Part shown: positions 42,835-52,756 of the stretch, piece after piece
Numbering within the stretch: the first letter of the stretch is position 1
How the letters are laid out: each line of letters begins with the position of its first letter
From: Candidatus Latescibacterota bacterium
Lineage (GTDB): Bacteria; Latescibacterota; UBA2968; UBA8231
DNA length: 64,000 bases
Assembly (NCBI GenBank): GCA_965223905.1
Contig: CBDCXV010000009.1
Coordinates: 224,001-288,000, forward strand
Reading direction: 5' to 3'
Notes under the pieces: model-generated
Databases searched by the model: none
What the model saw: the letters and a program-made list of their open reading frames with translations, nothing else
Told to the model about the DNA's origin: nothing
Position numbers and translations under genes: made by a program

Positions 42835-43059
42835 ATGACCCGACTTCTTCAGGAAGCTTTCGAGCGAGTCTCCAAACTTTCGCAGGAAGAACAGAACAGG
42901 TTTGCGCGGTTCATGCTGGTGGCGCTGGAGTCGGACCAGCGATGGGCCGCGTTGTTTGCGCGACCCGAATCGGAGGATTTACTGGAGCGACTTGCCGATG
43001 AGACCCTGGCAGCCCACCGAGCTGGACAGACCCGGCCCGTCAAAATAGAAGATTTGTAG
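42835..43059 (+). CDS. Putative antitoxin
   Basis: MTRLLQEAFERVSKLSQEEQ...W..LF...L..LADE; RBS aggagg; upstream of a RelE-like gene. Confidence 0.7.
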   Translation: MTRLLQEAFERVSKLSQEEQNRFARFMLVALESDQRWAALFARPESEDLLERLADETLAAHRAGQTRPVKIEDL

Positions 43060-43061
43060 GT

Positions 43062-43331
43062 GTGCGTTCGTTCGCACAGACCAGCTTCTGGGTTTCATAC
43101 AGACGCCTCCCGGAACACGTTCGCCGGCAAGCTCGTGCATCCTGTCAGTTCTTCATATCAGATCCCCATCACCCGAGCCTGGATTTCAAGCGCGTGAGTC
43201 GACGGAGTCCAGTCTACTCCGTGAGGGTGAGCATTGACTATCGTGCCCCCGGCGTACTGGACGACGGCGATATTGTGTGGTTCTGGATTGGTCACCACCA
43301 GGAATACGACCGGCTACTCAAGCGGATGTAG
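43062..43331 (+). CDS. RelE/ParE-like toxin
   Basis: FW..YRRLP...DPHHPSLDFK...YSVRVSIDYRA...WFWIGHHQEYD. Confidence 0.78.
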   Translation: MRSFAQTSFWVSYRRLPEHVRRQARASCQFFISDPHHPSLDFKRVSRRSPVYSVRVSIDYRAPGVLDDGDIVWFWIGHHQEYDRLLKRM

Positions 43332-43355
43332 GATGCTGTACGGGGCAATTGTGCC

Positions 43356-43438
43356 GCCACGCTGGAGCTCCCGCTGAAAAGACTCACGCCATCAAGCTGG
43401 GCATGATGCAGTAGCTTTCACCGGCTCGATGAGGCTGG
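43356..43438 (+). repeat. Degenerate hsdS 3' end copy at the right island edge
   Basis: gccacgctggag...cgccatcaagctgggcatgatgcagtagctttcaccggc vs hsdS gccgcgctggaa...cgccgtcaaacagggcatgatgcagcagcttcttaccggc. Confidence 0.8.
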
Positions 43439-43576
43439 CCCCACGGATTGCTTGCGCATTCCTCGGAGCCGGGATGAGCGAAGCTCGGGGACGGGATTTC
43501 GTGGAGAACCGGTAGATTTCCTCCTCCCCAGTTCTACCCCTGAACAAACCCACAAATCCCGCAAGAAAGGATCCAA

Positions 43577-44777
43577 ATGGCCCTGGAGAAATTCACCATC
43601 TCGCGGGACGACGGCGTGTACGAGTGCTTCCCGCACCTGTGCCTGACCCGGAGCGGCCGCATCCTCCTGGCGTACCGGGAGAGCAACGGCCACGTCGCCA
43701 GCGAGTTCTGCCGCCTCGTGCTTCGCCACAGCGACGACGCCGGGCGCACCTGGTCCGAACGCTTCGTGCTCCGCGACGAGGCTTACGAGAACGGCGTCCT
43801 GACCAAGTGGAACTGCCCGAAGATCCAGCAGCTGCGCGACGGCCGCGTCCTGCTTCTGTGCGACGCCATCGACTTCCCCCCCGGAGAGTGGAACGCCACC
43901 GCGGGCAACGCCCGCATCGTGCTCTGGTTCAGCAACGACGACGGGGCGTCCTGGTCGGAGGGGTTCGCAACCAGCGTCAACGGCATCTGCCCCGACGTCG
44001 TCACCGAGCTGGCGGACGGCACCTGGCTGCTGGCGGCCAACACCTACGCCGACGGCATGCGGCGCGTCGTTCAGAACATCTCGGCGAGCGCCGACCAGGG
44101 GCGGACCTGGGGACCTCCGCGCGACATCTGCCCCGACCCGGACTACCGCCTCGCCGAGGCCAGCGTCATCGCCTGCCCGGACGGCGAGCTGGTCGTCTAC
44201 CTGAGGGAGGAGTCGGGTAAGGGCCGGCCGCTGCAGAAGATGATTTCGAGGGACGGCGGCCGTTCCTGGGAAGGCCCGTTCGACACCCTCAACCCGGCCG
44301 CCCACGGCATGCCGGTCGCGGGTGTTACCCGGGACCGGCTGGTGCTGACCCTGGGCCGTTTCAGCCTGCGCTCGAGCTGGCGCGTCGACATGAGCGCGGA
44401 GACCGTGCGCCGGCGCCTGGAGACACGCACCATCGTCGTCCCCAACGTGCCCGAGAACGCCGCTTTCCGCAGCCGCCTGAAACCGGGGCCGGGCACCCGC
44501 ATCGACGACGACGAGATCGTCATCGCGGGGGGGCGGGACTCCTCCTCACACCTTCGCCTTCCTCGAACCATTGGCCAGCGCCCTCGAAGCGGACCTCGAC
44601 AGGCAGGACGGCCTGCTGCTCCCCCTGGACCACGACCGCAACAACATCAGCTGCGACAGCGGCTATACCGGCTGGGTCGAGTACGAGCGCGGCCGCTTCC
44701 TCGCCGCCAATTACATCAACGACGACGCCCCCATGGCCCAGATCCGGGGCTACCGCTTCGGAGTCGAGGATTTCTAA
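43577..44777 (+). CDS. Sialidase/BNR (Asp-box) family protein, frameshift in a G run near 44530
   Basis: Asp boxes SDDAGRTW, SNDDGASW, SADQGRTW, SRDGGRSW; C-terminal DSGYTGW in the shifted frame. Confidence 0.8.
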
Positions 44778-44823
44778 GGTGCCTTCGCGCCCAGGGTGGG
44801 GCGGGAAACCGCGTCAGGAGGGG

Positions 44824-47376
44824 ATGCAGCCGCAGCCCGCGGGCAAGGCCCGGCAGGAACCGGCACCTTCCAGCCCGACAGGGAACCTGAAGCTCTACGC
44901 GACGGCCGCCGCACTGGGTCTGCTGGCCCTGCTGCTGTTCGTCCACCAGTACACGACCATGGCCCGGTTCGGCGTCTTTCCGCCGGGAATAACCTTTGGA
45001 ACACCTTCCAATTTCCTGTCGGAGAGTTTTAAACACATAGGATTCAGCTCCCTGGACTACTCGCTTCTCGCCGCGATAGCCTGCCTGTTTCTGGCGCTGG
45101 TGATCGCGGAATTCCGCGGCGGCTGCTTTTCCGCCCTTCTCCGGGCGGCCTTCACCAGCGAATTCCGGACGATCACACTCCTGACAATCTGCGGTATCGT
45201 GGCCGTTCGATTTTACCTCGGCTCAGGTGAGTTCCCCTGGGGGGGGGATCAGCAGCAGCACATTTGTTTCGCGCACATGGCCTCGCGCTCGATATCCGAG
45301 GGGGAGCTGCCGATCTGGACCAACTACCTCGGCGCGGGCACTCCATACCTGCAGTTTTACGGCTTCCTGTTCTTCTATTTCGTAGCGCTGATTGACCAGC
45401 TCTGGAACGACGTGTTCACGTCGCTGAAAGTCGCGATGGGGGTTCTGCACGCTGCTTCCGGTGTGGCTATGTACCTGCTGGCGCGAACCCTGACGCGCTC
45501 GCGGAAGGCGGGCTTCATCGCCGGCCTGGCCTACGTGCTGAGCTTCTGGCATACCCAGCAGATCATCATCATGGGCCGCTTCCCGCTGTCGCTGTTCTAC
45601 GCCCTGCTTCCCCTGCCCTTCTACTTCTTCGAGCGCATGTGGAGTCCTGGAATTACGAAGAATCGGGAAAGACTGGCGGACAGTCTGGCTGGCGGGATCT
45701 GCCTGGGAGCCCTGGTCCTGACCCATCCCGGTTACGGCTTCTGGGCGACCGTTCTGCTGGGGGTGTTCGTGGGCTTGCGGTTGTTGCTGAAGATTCCGTT
45801 CAGCGAGCGCCCTGGTCTGGTCGGATGGTCCGCGGTCCTCTTTGCTGGCGGCTTGATCTTCGGGGGGTACCTGACCCTGCCGATGTGGCTCGAGCGGGAG
45901 CATACCGCACTCTACCGGGGTATGCTGGATCTCTCGGGGATCCCCCTCCCGACGTGGCAGCAGGTGCTGTCCTGGTCGAACTACCGTTTCTGGGTGCTGC
46001 CGCCACCCGATCTGCACCTCAACTGGTACGGCGGATATCTCGGACTGTCGCTCGCAGGTGTCGTCGCCTCCGGCATGGCCACCGCTCTCGGCAGCCGCTC
46101 TCGAGAGCTGATCCTCCGGTCTTTGCCCGCCCTCTGCTGTCTGGCGTTGACGGTCCTCCTCGTATTCGGATACCGATGGTCGCCGTTTCAGTCCCTTCCC
46201 ATCGTGAAGATGATGGGAGCCGGCCGCTACCTGCTGTTCACCGTCTTCTTTCTCGCCCTTGCCGCGGGCCCGGCGGTTCAAGCGCTGATGATCCTTCTGC
46301 GGCCCAGGCGCTGGAGGGTTCCGGCTTCGACGCTGATTTTGTTCGTCATTGTAATTGATTTGGGCCCGGCGACGTTTCAGCAGTCGTACTCGAGACATCC
46401 ATCATACATCGATCCCGAAGTCGACGTTTGGGGGATCCCGTTGGAACTGTACAAGCCTCTGCGCGCTCGCGCAGACTCCATGGACCATATTGGAGAGCTG
46501 CCGGGTTACCGGGTGTTCTGGAGCAGCCCGGAGCACAGCTTTTTTCAAAAAGGTCAACTTTATTTCCATTCGAGGACGCCGATCCCAGAGGCGTTTCATC
46601 CGGGAAAGGTGAAAGCGGTCGCTACTTTCGTTGACCCGGTTGCTCGATACTTGTCGATAATGTTGGACCGGACTATAAGGGAGAAAATAGATCAGGAGGG
46701 CTATCCTGAAAGGTTTTTAAGTACCGATCGCCAAGTTGTCCGTTCTTCGCTCGCTATGCTGAATGTTAAATATCTCATCTTGTCTGATCCAGATGGACAA
46801 AGGACCCTAACTAACTTGGGAACTATAGGTCCGGTGCTAGTATCTCCCACAATTGTTCCCTTTCCCACACACGTCGAGACTGACTCGTTGGCTGTACGAA
46901 TAGGCGAGTTCGTGAGATCTAAGGAAATTGACGTCGATATCAAGGAGTTGACGGAACTTTACCGGACCCGATTTCTGGTTTTGAGCATGGGAATGGACCC
47001 GCAGTCCCGGGTGCGTGAGCGGATCTACGTTCTCGATGGAGGTGGCCGGTGGCTGGGCACGAATCCGGAGGTCGAGGTCTTCGAGCACATGGTGCGCACA
47101 CAGCGGGTCGACCTGAAGCTGCGGGTCAGCGAGGCCTGCTTCGCGCGCTTGGCCTACTCCTACTTCCCTTATCTGCGGGTCACCGTCGATGGCAGGGAGG
47201 TCGCCCCCATGCCCACCGCGGGGGGGTTCATGGCGGTGCATCTCGAGGCCGGCGAGCACGACCTGACCCTGGAGGCGGAGCTGTCGCCGCTGCGCCGGGG
47301 CCTTCTCGCGGTCAACCTGTTCTACCTGGGGGCAACGGCGTACATGTTCGCGAGCAACCGTCGGAGGAAGCGATGA
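44824..47376 (+). CDS. YfhO/PTPS-related GT-C-like membrane glycosyltransferase, copy 1
   Basis: Polytopic N-terminal region with GGDQQQH...LPIWTNYLGAGTPYLQFY; YfhO-like C-terminus YFPYLRVTVDGREV...GFMAVHLEAGEH; final TM and basic tail. Confidence 0.7.
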   Translation: MQPQPAGKARQEPAPSSPTGNLKLYATAAALGLLALLLFVHQYTTMARFGVFPPGITFGTPSNFLSESFKHIGFSSLDYSLLAAIACLFLALVIAEFRGGCFSALLRAAFTSEFRTITLLTICGIVAVRFYLGSGEFPWGGDQQQHICFAHMASRSISEGELPIWTNYLGAGTPYLQFYGFLFFYFVALIDQLWNDVFTSLKVAMGVLHAASGVAMYLLARTLTRSRKAGFIAGLAYVLSFWHTQQIIIMGRFPLSLFYALLPLPFYFFERMWSPGITKNRERLADSLAGGICLGALVLTHPGYGFWATVLLGVFVGLRLLLKIPFSERPGLVGWSAVLFAGGLIFGGYLTLPMWLEREHTALYRGMLDLSGIPLPTWQQVLSWSNYRFWVLPPPDLHLNWYGGYLGLSLAGVVASGMATALGSRSRELILRSLPALCCLALTVLLVFGYRWSPFQSLPIVKMMGAGRYLLFTVFFLALAAGPAVQALMILLRPRRWRVPASTLILFVIVIDLGPATFQQSYSRHPSYIDPEVDVWGIPLELYKPLRARADSMDHIGELPGYRVFWSSPEHSFFQKGQLYFHSRTPIPEAFHPGKVKAVATFVDPVARYLSIMLDRTIREKIDQEGYPERFLSTDRQVVRSSLAMLNVKYLILSDPDGQRTLTNLGTIGPVLVSPTIVPFPTHVETDSLAVRIGEFVRSKEIDVDIKELTELYRTRFLVLSMGMDPQSRVRERIYVLDGGGRWLGTNPEVEVFEHMVRTQRVDLKLRVSEACFARLAYSYFPYLRVTVDGREVAPMPTAGGFMAVHLEAGEHDLTLEAELSPLRRGLLAVNLFYLGATAYMFASNRRRKR

Positions 47377-47420
47377 CCTTCATGCCTGTCCCGAGGCAGA
47401 AGTGCGTTTGATCCGGACCT

Positions 47421-47468
47421 GATCGGCAAACGCTTCTCAGTCGAGGATTTCAAAGTGCCTTCGCGCGC
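47421..47468 (+). repeat. Degenerate copy of the sialidase 3' end plus downstream leader, ahead of GT-C copy 2
   Basis: cgcttctcagtcgaggatttcaaagtgccttcgcgc vs 44754 cgcttcggagtcgaggatttctaaggtgccttcgcgc. Confidence 0.8.
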
Positions 47469-47499
47469 CAGGCGGAAGAAGAAACCGCCCAGGGAGGGG

Positions 47500-50064
47500 A
47501 TGCAGCCCCGCCCGGATTCAGGGCAGGCGCGGCAGGAGCCGGTACCTGCCGTCCCGACGGAAACCCGGAAGCTCTACGCCGCAGCCGCCGCACTGGGGCT
47601 GCTGGCCCTGCTGCTGTTCGTCCACCAGTACACGACCATGGCGCGGTTCGGGGTCCTCCCGCCGGGCCAGCGGTTCCTGAGCTATTCAGATTTCCTGGTA
47701 ATTGCCTTCGGGAAAATCCAGTTCGGTCCGCTGGACTACCTGCTGCTCGCCGCGATTGCCGGCCTCTTCCTTTCGCTGGTGATCGCCGAATATCGAGGCG
47801 GCCTCCTGAGCGCACTGCTGCGCAGGGTGTTCACCAGCGAAGGCTGGACGATCGGTCTGCTCGCAGCGGGTGGTCTCGTCGCGGTCCGGTTTTACCTCGG
47901 CGTCGGTGACTTCCCGTGGGGGGGAGATCAGCCGCAACACATCTGCTTCGCGCAGATGGCCTCCCGCTCGCTATCCGAGGGTGAGCTGCCGATCTGGACG
48001 AACTACCTCGGCGCGGGCACGCCGCACCTGCAGTTCTACGGCTTCCTGTTCTTCTATTTCGCAGGGCTGATCGACCAGCTCTGGAACGACGTGTTCACGT
48101 CGCTGAAGGTCGCGATGGCGGTTCTGCATGTCGCTTCCGGAGTGGCGATGTACCTGCTGGCCCGCACCCTGACGCGCTCGCGGAGAGCCGGCTTCATCGC
48201 CGCCCTGGCTTACGTGCTGAGCTTCTGGCATACCCAGCAGATCATCATCATGGGCCGCTTTCCCCTGTCCCTTTTCTACGCCCTGCTCCCCCTGCCGTTC
48301 TACTTCTTCGAGCGGCTGTCGAGTCCCCGCCTCGCGGAAAATCGGGTCAGGCTGGCGAGCAGTCTGGCGGGGGGGATCTGCCTCGGCGCCTTGGCCCTGA
48401 CCCACCCGGGCTACGCTTTCTGGGCAACCGTCCTGCTGGGGGTGTACGTGGGATTGCGGCTGATGATCCTGCTGCGCGCGGATCGCAGCCGGACCGACCT
48501 GGTCTGGTGGTCCGCGCTCCTCTTCGCCGGAGGCTTGGTCTTCGGGGCGTACCTGATCCTGCCGATGTCGCTCGAGCGCGACTATACCGGGCTCTACCTC
48601 GGCATGATGGATTTCGCGAAGGTGCCGATCCCGACATGGCAGCACGTGCTGGCCTGGTCCAACTACCGCTTCTGGGTGCTTCCGCCGCCCGACCTCAAAG
48701 TCAACTGGTACGGCGGATATCTCGGACTGTCGCTGGTAATCGTCGTGGCCGGCGGAGTCGCGGCGGCCCTGCGCAGCCGCTCCCGCGAGCTGATCCTCCG
48801 GTCCCTTCCGGCGCTGTGCTGTCTGGGGTTGACGGCCCTCCTCGTCTTCGGGTACCTGTTGCCCCCGCTCCAGGCTCTTCCGGTGGTAAAGATGCTGGCC
48901 GCGGGCCGCTACCTGTTGTTCACCGTCTTCTTTCTGGCCCTTGCCGTCGGCCCGGCGTCGCAGGCGCTGATGATCCTTCTTCGGCGCAGGCGCCGGCGAG
49001 TCCCGGTGCCGACGCTGATACTGCTCGCCATGGCAATCGACCTCGGGCCGGCTACGTTCCAGCAGATGTACAATACACGGGATCCGGCACCCAACATGTT
49101 CCCGCAACTCCGCGCGCAGGCCGACTCCCTGAATGCGCAAGGGAAGCTGCCGAATCACCGGGTCCTCTGGAGCGGCTCCAGCCACAGCAAGTACTGGCTG
49201 AAAGGCAAGCTGTATTTCGAATCGCGGACCTCGAGCCCGGGTTCGTTTCATCCCGGGAGAGCGAGGGCGGTCGTCGACTTCGTGGAACCGATCGACCTCT
49301 ACGTGTCGAAGCTGGTCGAGACGGGGTATTTCGCGATCGACAACAGCGGCAATACCGGCCTGCAGGAGGGGGTACCCGAAACGATTTTCGGCCGCAGCCA
49401 CGGGGAGATCATCCTCGCCGGCCTGAGCATGATGGATGTCAGGTATCTCATTCTGTCAAATCTCGATGAACAGATGAGGATCAGCGACATGAGCGACTTC
49501 GGTACCCATGGCCCAGTGCTCGTATCTCCGAGGGTCGTGCCGTTTCCCGCCGAACAGCTCGACCAACTCATCGCCAGCGGCGAACCATTCGAGACCATGG
49601 ACTCCAAGGGGGTCGACGCCGGTTTCACCCAGATGCTCATCGATTCCTACCACTCCCTTTTTCTGGCTGTTAACACCGGGGTCGATCTGAACAGCCGTGT
49701 GTGCGAGCGGATCTTCGTGCTCGACGCCGAGGGGCAAGAGCTGGGCACGAACCCGTCCCTCGAGGTTCTCGAGCACACGGTGCGCATGCAGCGAGTGGAC
49801 CTGAAGCTGCGGGTCAGCGAGGCCTGCTTCGCGCGCCTGGCGTACTCCTGTTTCCCGCATCTGCGGGTAACCGTCGACGACCGCGAGGTCGTCCCCCTGC
49901 GCACCGCGGGCGGGTTCATGGCGGTGCATTTCGTGGCGGGGGAGCACGAGCTGACCCTGGAGGCGGAGCTGTCGCCGCTGCGGCGGGGCCTGCTCGCCGT
50001 CAACCTGCTCTACCTTGCGGCAACGGCGTACCTGTTCGCAAGCAGCCGTAGAAGGAAGCGATGA
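47500..50064 (+). CDS. YfhO/GT-C-like membrane glycosyltransferase, copy 2
   Basis: Full-length paralog of copy 1 with the same motifs. Confidence 0.7.
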   Translation: MQPRPDSGQARQEPVPAVPTETRKLYAAAAALGLLALLLFVHQYTTMARFGVLPPGQRFLSYSDFLVIAFGKIQFGPLDYLLLAAIAGLFLSLVIAEYRGGLLSALLRRVFTSEGWTIGLLAAGGLVAVRFYLGVGDFPWGGDQPQHICFAQMASRSLSEGELPIWTNYLGAGTPHLQFYGFLFFYFAGLIDQLWNDVFTSLKVAMAVLHVASGVAMYLLARTLTRSRRAGFIAALAYVLSFWHTQQIIIMGRFPLSLFYALLPLPFYFFERLSSPRLAENRVRLASSLAGGICLGALALTHPGYAFWATVLLGVYVGLRLMILLRADRSRTDLVWWSALLFAGGLVFGAYLILPMSLERDYTGLYLGMMDFAKVPIPTWQHVLAWSNYRFWVLPPPDLKVNWYGGYLGLSLVIVVAGGVAAALRSRSRELILRSLPALCCLGLTALLVFGYLLPPLQALPVVKMLAAGRYLLFTVFFLALAVGPASQALMILLRRRRRRVPVPTLILLAMAIDLGPATFQQMYNTRDPAPNMFPQLRAQADSLNAQGKLPNHRVLWSGSSHSKYWLKGKLYFESRTSSPGSFHPGRARAVVDFVEPIDLYVSKLVETGYFAIDNSGNTGLQEGVPETIFGRSHGEIILAGLSMMDVRYLILSNLDEQMRISDMSDFGTHGPVLVSPRVVPFPAEQLDQLIASGEPFETMDSKGVDAGFTQMLIDSYHSLFLAVNTGVDLNSRVCERIFVLDAEGQELGTNPSLEVLEHTVRMQRVDLKLRVSEACFARLAYSCFPHLRVTVDDREVVPLRTAGGFMAVHFVAGEHELTLEAELSPLRRGLLAVNLLYLAATAYLFASSRRRKR

Positions 50065-50166
50065 CTTGGGTCAAGACACCAAGGGCAGAACAAACTCCCT
50101 CCTTTTCGGCAAAACGGTTCGGGGTCGATGGCTTTTCAATTGTGTGATGGAACACGGACCGGTTTG

Positions 50167-52641
50167 ATGCTCAATCGAAAATCGCTTTTTGCAACCGCAG
50201 CCTTGGGGATGCTGGCAGTTCTGCTGTACGTCCATCAGTACACGACCATGGCGCGGTTCGGCGTCTTTCCACCTGCCCGACGCTACAGAACCGTTTCGAG
50301 TTTCCTGTTGCAGGTTTTCGAGCACATCGAATTCACACTGCTCGACTACGCCTTGCTCACGGGGATAGCCGGCCTCTTCCTGGCGTTGCTGATCTCCGAA
50401 TTCCGGTACGGCTGCCTCACCGCCCTGCTGCGCGCTTTTTTCACCGGCGAACGCTTGACGATCGCCCTTCTCGCCATTGCCAGTCTCGTTGCGGTGAGGC
50501 ATTACCTCGGCCTCGGCAACTTCTCCTGGGGAGGCGACCAGCCGCAGCACATATGCTTCGCGCACATGGCCTCCCGTTCGATTGCCGAGGGAGAGCTGCC
50601 GATCTGGACGAACTACCTCGGCGCGGGCACGCCGTACCTCCAGTTCTATGGCTTCCTGTTTTTCTACCTGACCGGGCTCGTCGATCAGCTCCTGAACGAC
50701 ATTTTCTCCTCGTTGAAAGCTGTGATGGCTGTTCTGCACGTAGCCTCGGGGTTGGCTATGTACCTGCTCGCGCGCACCGTGACCGGCTCGCGGAAGGCGG
50801 GTTTCATCGCCGGCCTGGCCTACGTGCTGAGCTTCTGGCATACCCAGCAGATCATTATCATGGGCCGCTTCCCGTTGTCGCTCTTCTGGGCCCTGCTGCC
50901 CCTGCCATTCTACTTCTTCGAGCGCCTGTCGAGCCCTTGTCTCGCCGGGAATCAGGCAAGACTGGCCAGCAGTCTGGCGGGGGGGATCTGTCTGGGGGCC
51001 TTGGCCCTGACTCACCCCGGCTACGGCTTCTGGGTGACCGTCCTGTTCGGGCTGTATGCCGGCTTGCGGTTGTGGCTGAATATCCCGGCCAGCGAACGCC
51101 CCGGTCTGGCGGGATGGTCTGCGGTCCTCTTTTCCGGCGGCCTGGTCTTCGGGGGGTTCCTGACTCTGCCGATGTGGCTGGAGCGCGAGTATACGGGGCT
51201 GCACAGCAGCCTGGTGAACCTCTCTTCGATTCCCGTCCCTACGTGGCGGCACGTGCTGGCGTGGTCGAACTACCGCTTCTGGGCCCTTCCGCTGCCCGAC
51301 CTCGACTTCAATTGGTACGGCGGGTACCTCGGCCTGTCGCTGGTAATTGTCGTGGCGGGCGCAGCGGTTGTCGTACTGGGCAGCCGCTCCCGTGTGCTGA
51401 TCCTCAGGTCTTTGCCCGCCGTCTGTTGTCTTGCGTTGACGGTCCTCCTCGTTTTCGGATACCGGTGGTCGCCGTTGCAGTCCCTTCCCATCGTGAAGAT
51501 GATGGGAGCCGGCCGTTACCTGCTGTTCACGGTCTTCTTTCTCGCCCTTGCCGCGGGCCCGGCGGCCCAGGCGCTGATGGTCCTTCTCCGGCGCCGGCGC
51601 TGGAGGGTTCCCGTTTCGACCCTGATTCTGTGCGTCATCGCAGTCGACCTCGGGCCGACGACATTCCAACAGATGTACGTGACGCGAGATCAGCAAGCCA
51701 TGTTTCCGCAACTCCGCGAGTACTCCAGCTCCTTCGATGCGCAAGGAAAGCTGCCGAATCACCGGTTCCTCTGGACCGGAACCGGGCACAGTGGCTGGCG
51801 GAAAGGGAAGCTGTATTTCGAATCGCGAACTCCGAGCCCGGACACCTTTCATCCGGGAAGGGTCAGAGCCGCATCCGATTTTTTATCGCCGTTCGCCGAT
51901 TACTTTTCCGCGGTGTTGCACGAAATGCTCGGAGGGGGAACAAATGAGGAAGCTGACTTTCCTGGTACAGTCAGCGGCATCGACCATACGGAACTCGTCC
52001 GATCCGCGCTCTGCATGCTCGATATTAAATACCTCATGGTATCCGATTCTGATGGACAAACGGCCCTGAGTGACCTTGGGAATGAAGGTCCGGTACTCGT
52101 GTCTCCAACGATAATGGCCTTTCCCACTGAACGCCTCAATCGAATCGTCGCCTCAGGCGAACCAGCCGATTTCCTGAAAGCAGAGGGAGTAGACTCGACC
52201 TTTGCGGGAGTTCTCGTCGATTCGTACCCCACCCTGTTCCTTGTTGCGAACACCGGGGTAAACCCCATAACCCGGGTTTGCGAGCGGATCTTCGTGGTCG
52301 ACGCCGAGGGCCGGGAGCTGGGCACGAACCCGGAGGTCGAAGTCCTCGAGCACACGGTGCGCATGCAGCGGGTCGACATGAAGCTGCGGGTCACCGAGGC
52401 CTGCTTCGCCCGCCTGGCATACTCCTTCTTCCCCCATCTGCGCGTCGCCGTCGACGGCCGCGAGGTCGCCCCTCTGCGCACCGCCGGCGGGTTCATGGCG
52501 GTGCATCTCGAGGCGGGTGAGCACGACGTGACCCTTGAGGCGGAGCTGTCGCCGCTGCGGCGCGTCCTGCTCGCCGTCAACCTGCTCTACCTGACGGCAA
52601 CGGCGTACCTGTTCGTCGGCAACAGGCGAAGGAAGCGATGA
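50167..52641 (+). CDS. YfhO/GT-C-like membrane glycosyltransferase, copy 3
   Basis: Full-length paralog; start set at MLNRKS by analogy with copy 4 (MFNRKA). Confidence 0.7.
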   Translation: MLNRKSLFATAALGMLAVLLYVHQYTTMARFGVFPPARRYRTVSSFLLQVFEHIEFTLLDYALLTGIAGLFLALLISEFRYGCLTALLRAFFTGERLTIALLAIASLVAVRHYLGLGNFSWGGDQPQHICFAHMASRSIAEGELPIWTNYLGAGTPYLQFYGFLFFYLTGLVDQLLNDIFSSLKAVMAVLHVASGLAMYLLARTVTGSRKAGFIAGLAYVLSFWHTQQIIIMGRFPLSLFWALLPLPFYFFERLSSPCLAGNQARLASSLAGGICLGALALTHPGYGFWVTVLFGLYAGLRLWLNIPASERPGLAGWSAVLFSGGLVFGGFLTLPMWLEREYTGLHSSLVNLSSIPVPTWRHVLAWSNYRFWALPLPDLDFNWYGGYLGLSLVIVVAGAAVVVLGSRSRVLILRSLPAVCCLALTVLLVFGYRWSPLQSLPIVKMMGAGRYLLFTVFFLALAAGPAAQALMVLLRRRRWRVPVSTLILCVIAVDLGPTTFQQMYVTRDQQAMFPQLREYSSSFDAQGKLPNHRFLWTGTGHSGWRKGKLYFESRTPSPDTFHPGRVRAASDFLSPFADYFSAVLHEMLGGGTNEEADFPGTVSGIDHTELVRSALCMLDIKYLMVSDSDGQTALSDLGNEGPVLVSPTIMAFPTERLNRIVASGEPADFLKAEGVDSTFAGVLVDSYPTLFLVANTGVNPITRVCERIFVVDAEGRELGTNPEVEVLEHTVRMQRVDMKLRVTEACFARLAYSFFPHLRVAVDGREVAPLRTAGGFMAVHLEAGEHDVTLEAELSPLRRVLLAVNLLYLTATAYLFVGNRRRKR

Positions 52642-52756
52642 CCCTTCGGCACTGTCCAGGGGCACGGGGGAAAGTTGAATTCCGGTCAAGATCAGTGGCT
52701 GCTGATTTCGGGCCCCGGGATTCCCAGACTCGCGCTATCCACGGTAGTCCCGTCTG

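Noticed and set aside
29889-43520. Invertible hsdS shufflon or an ICE/prophage
   Set aside because: All repeats are direct, no silent full TRDs are present, and there are no recombinase, conjugation or phage genes
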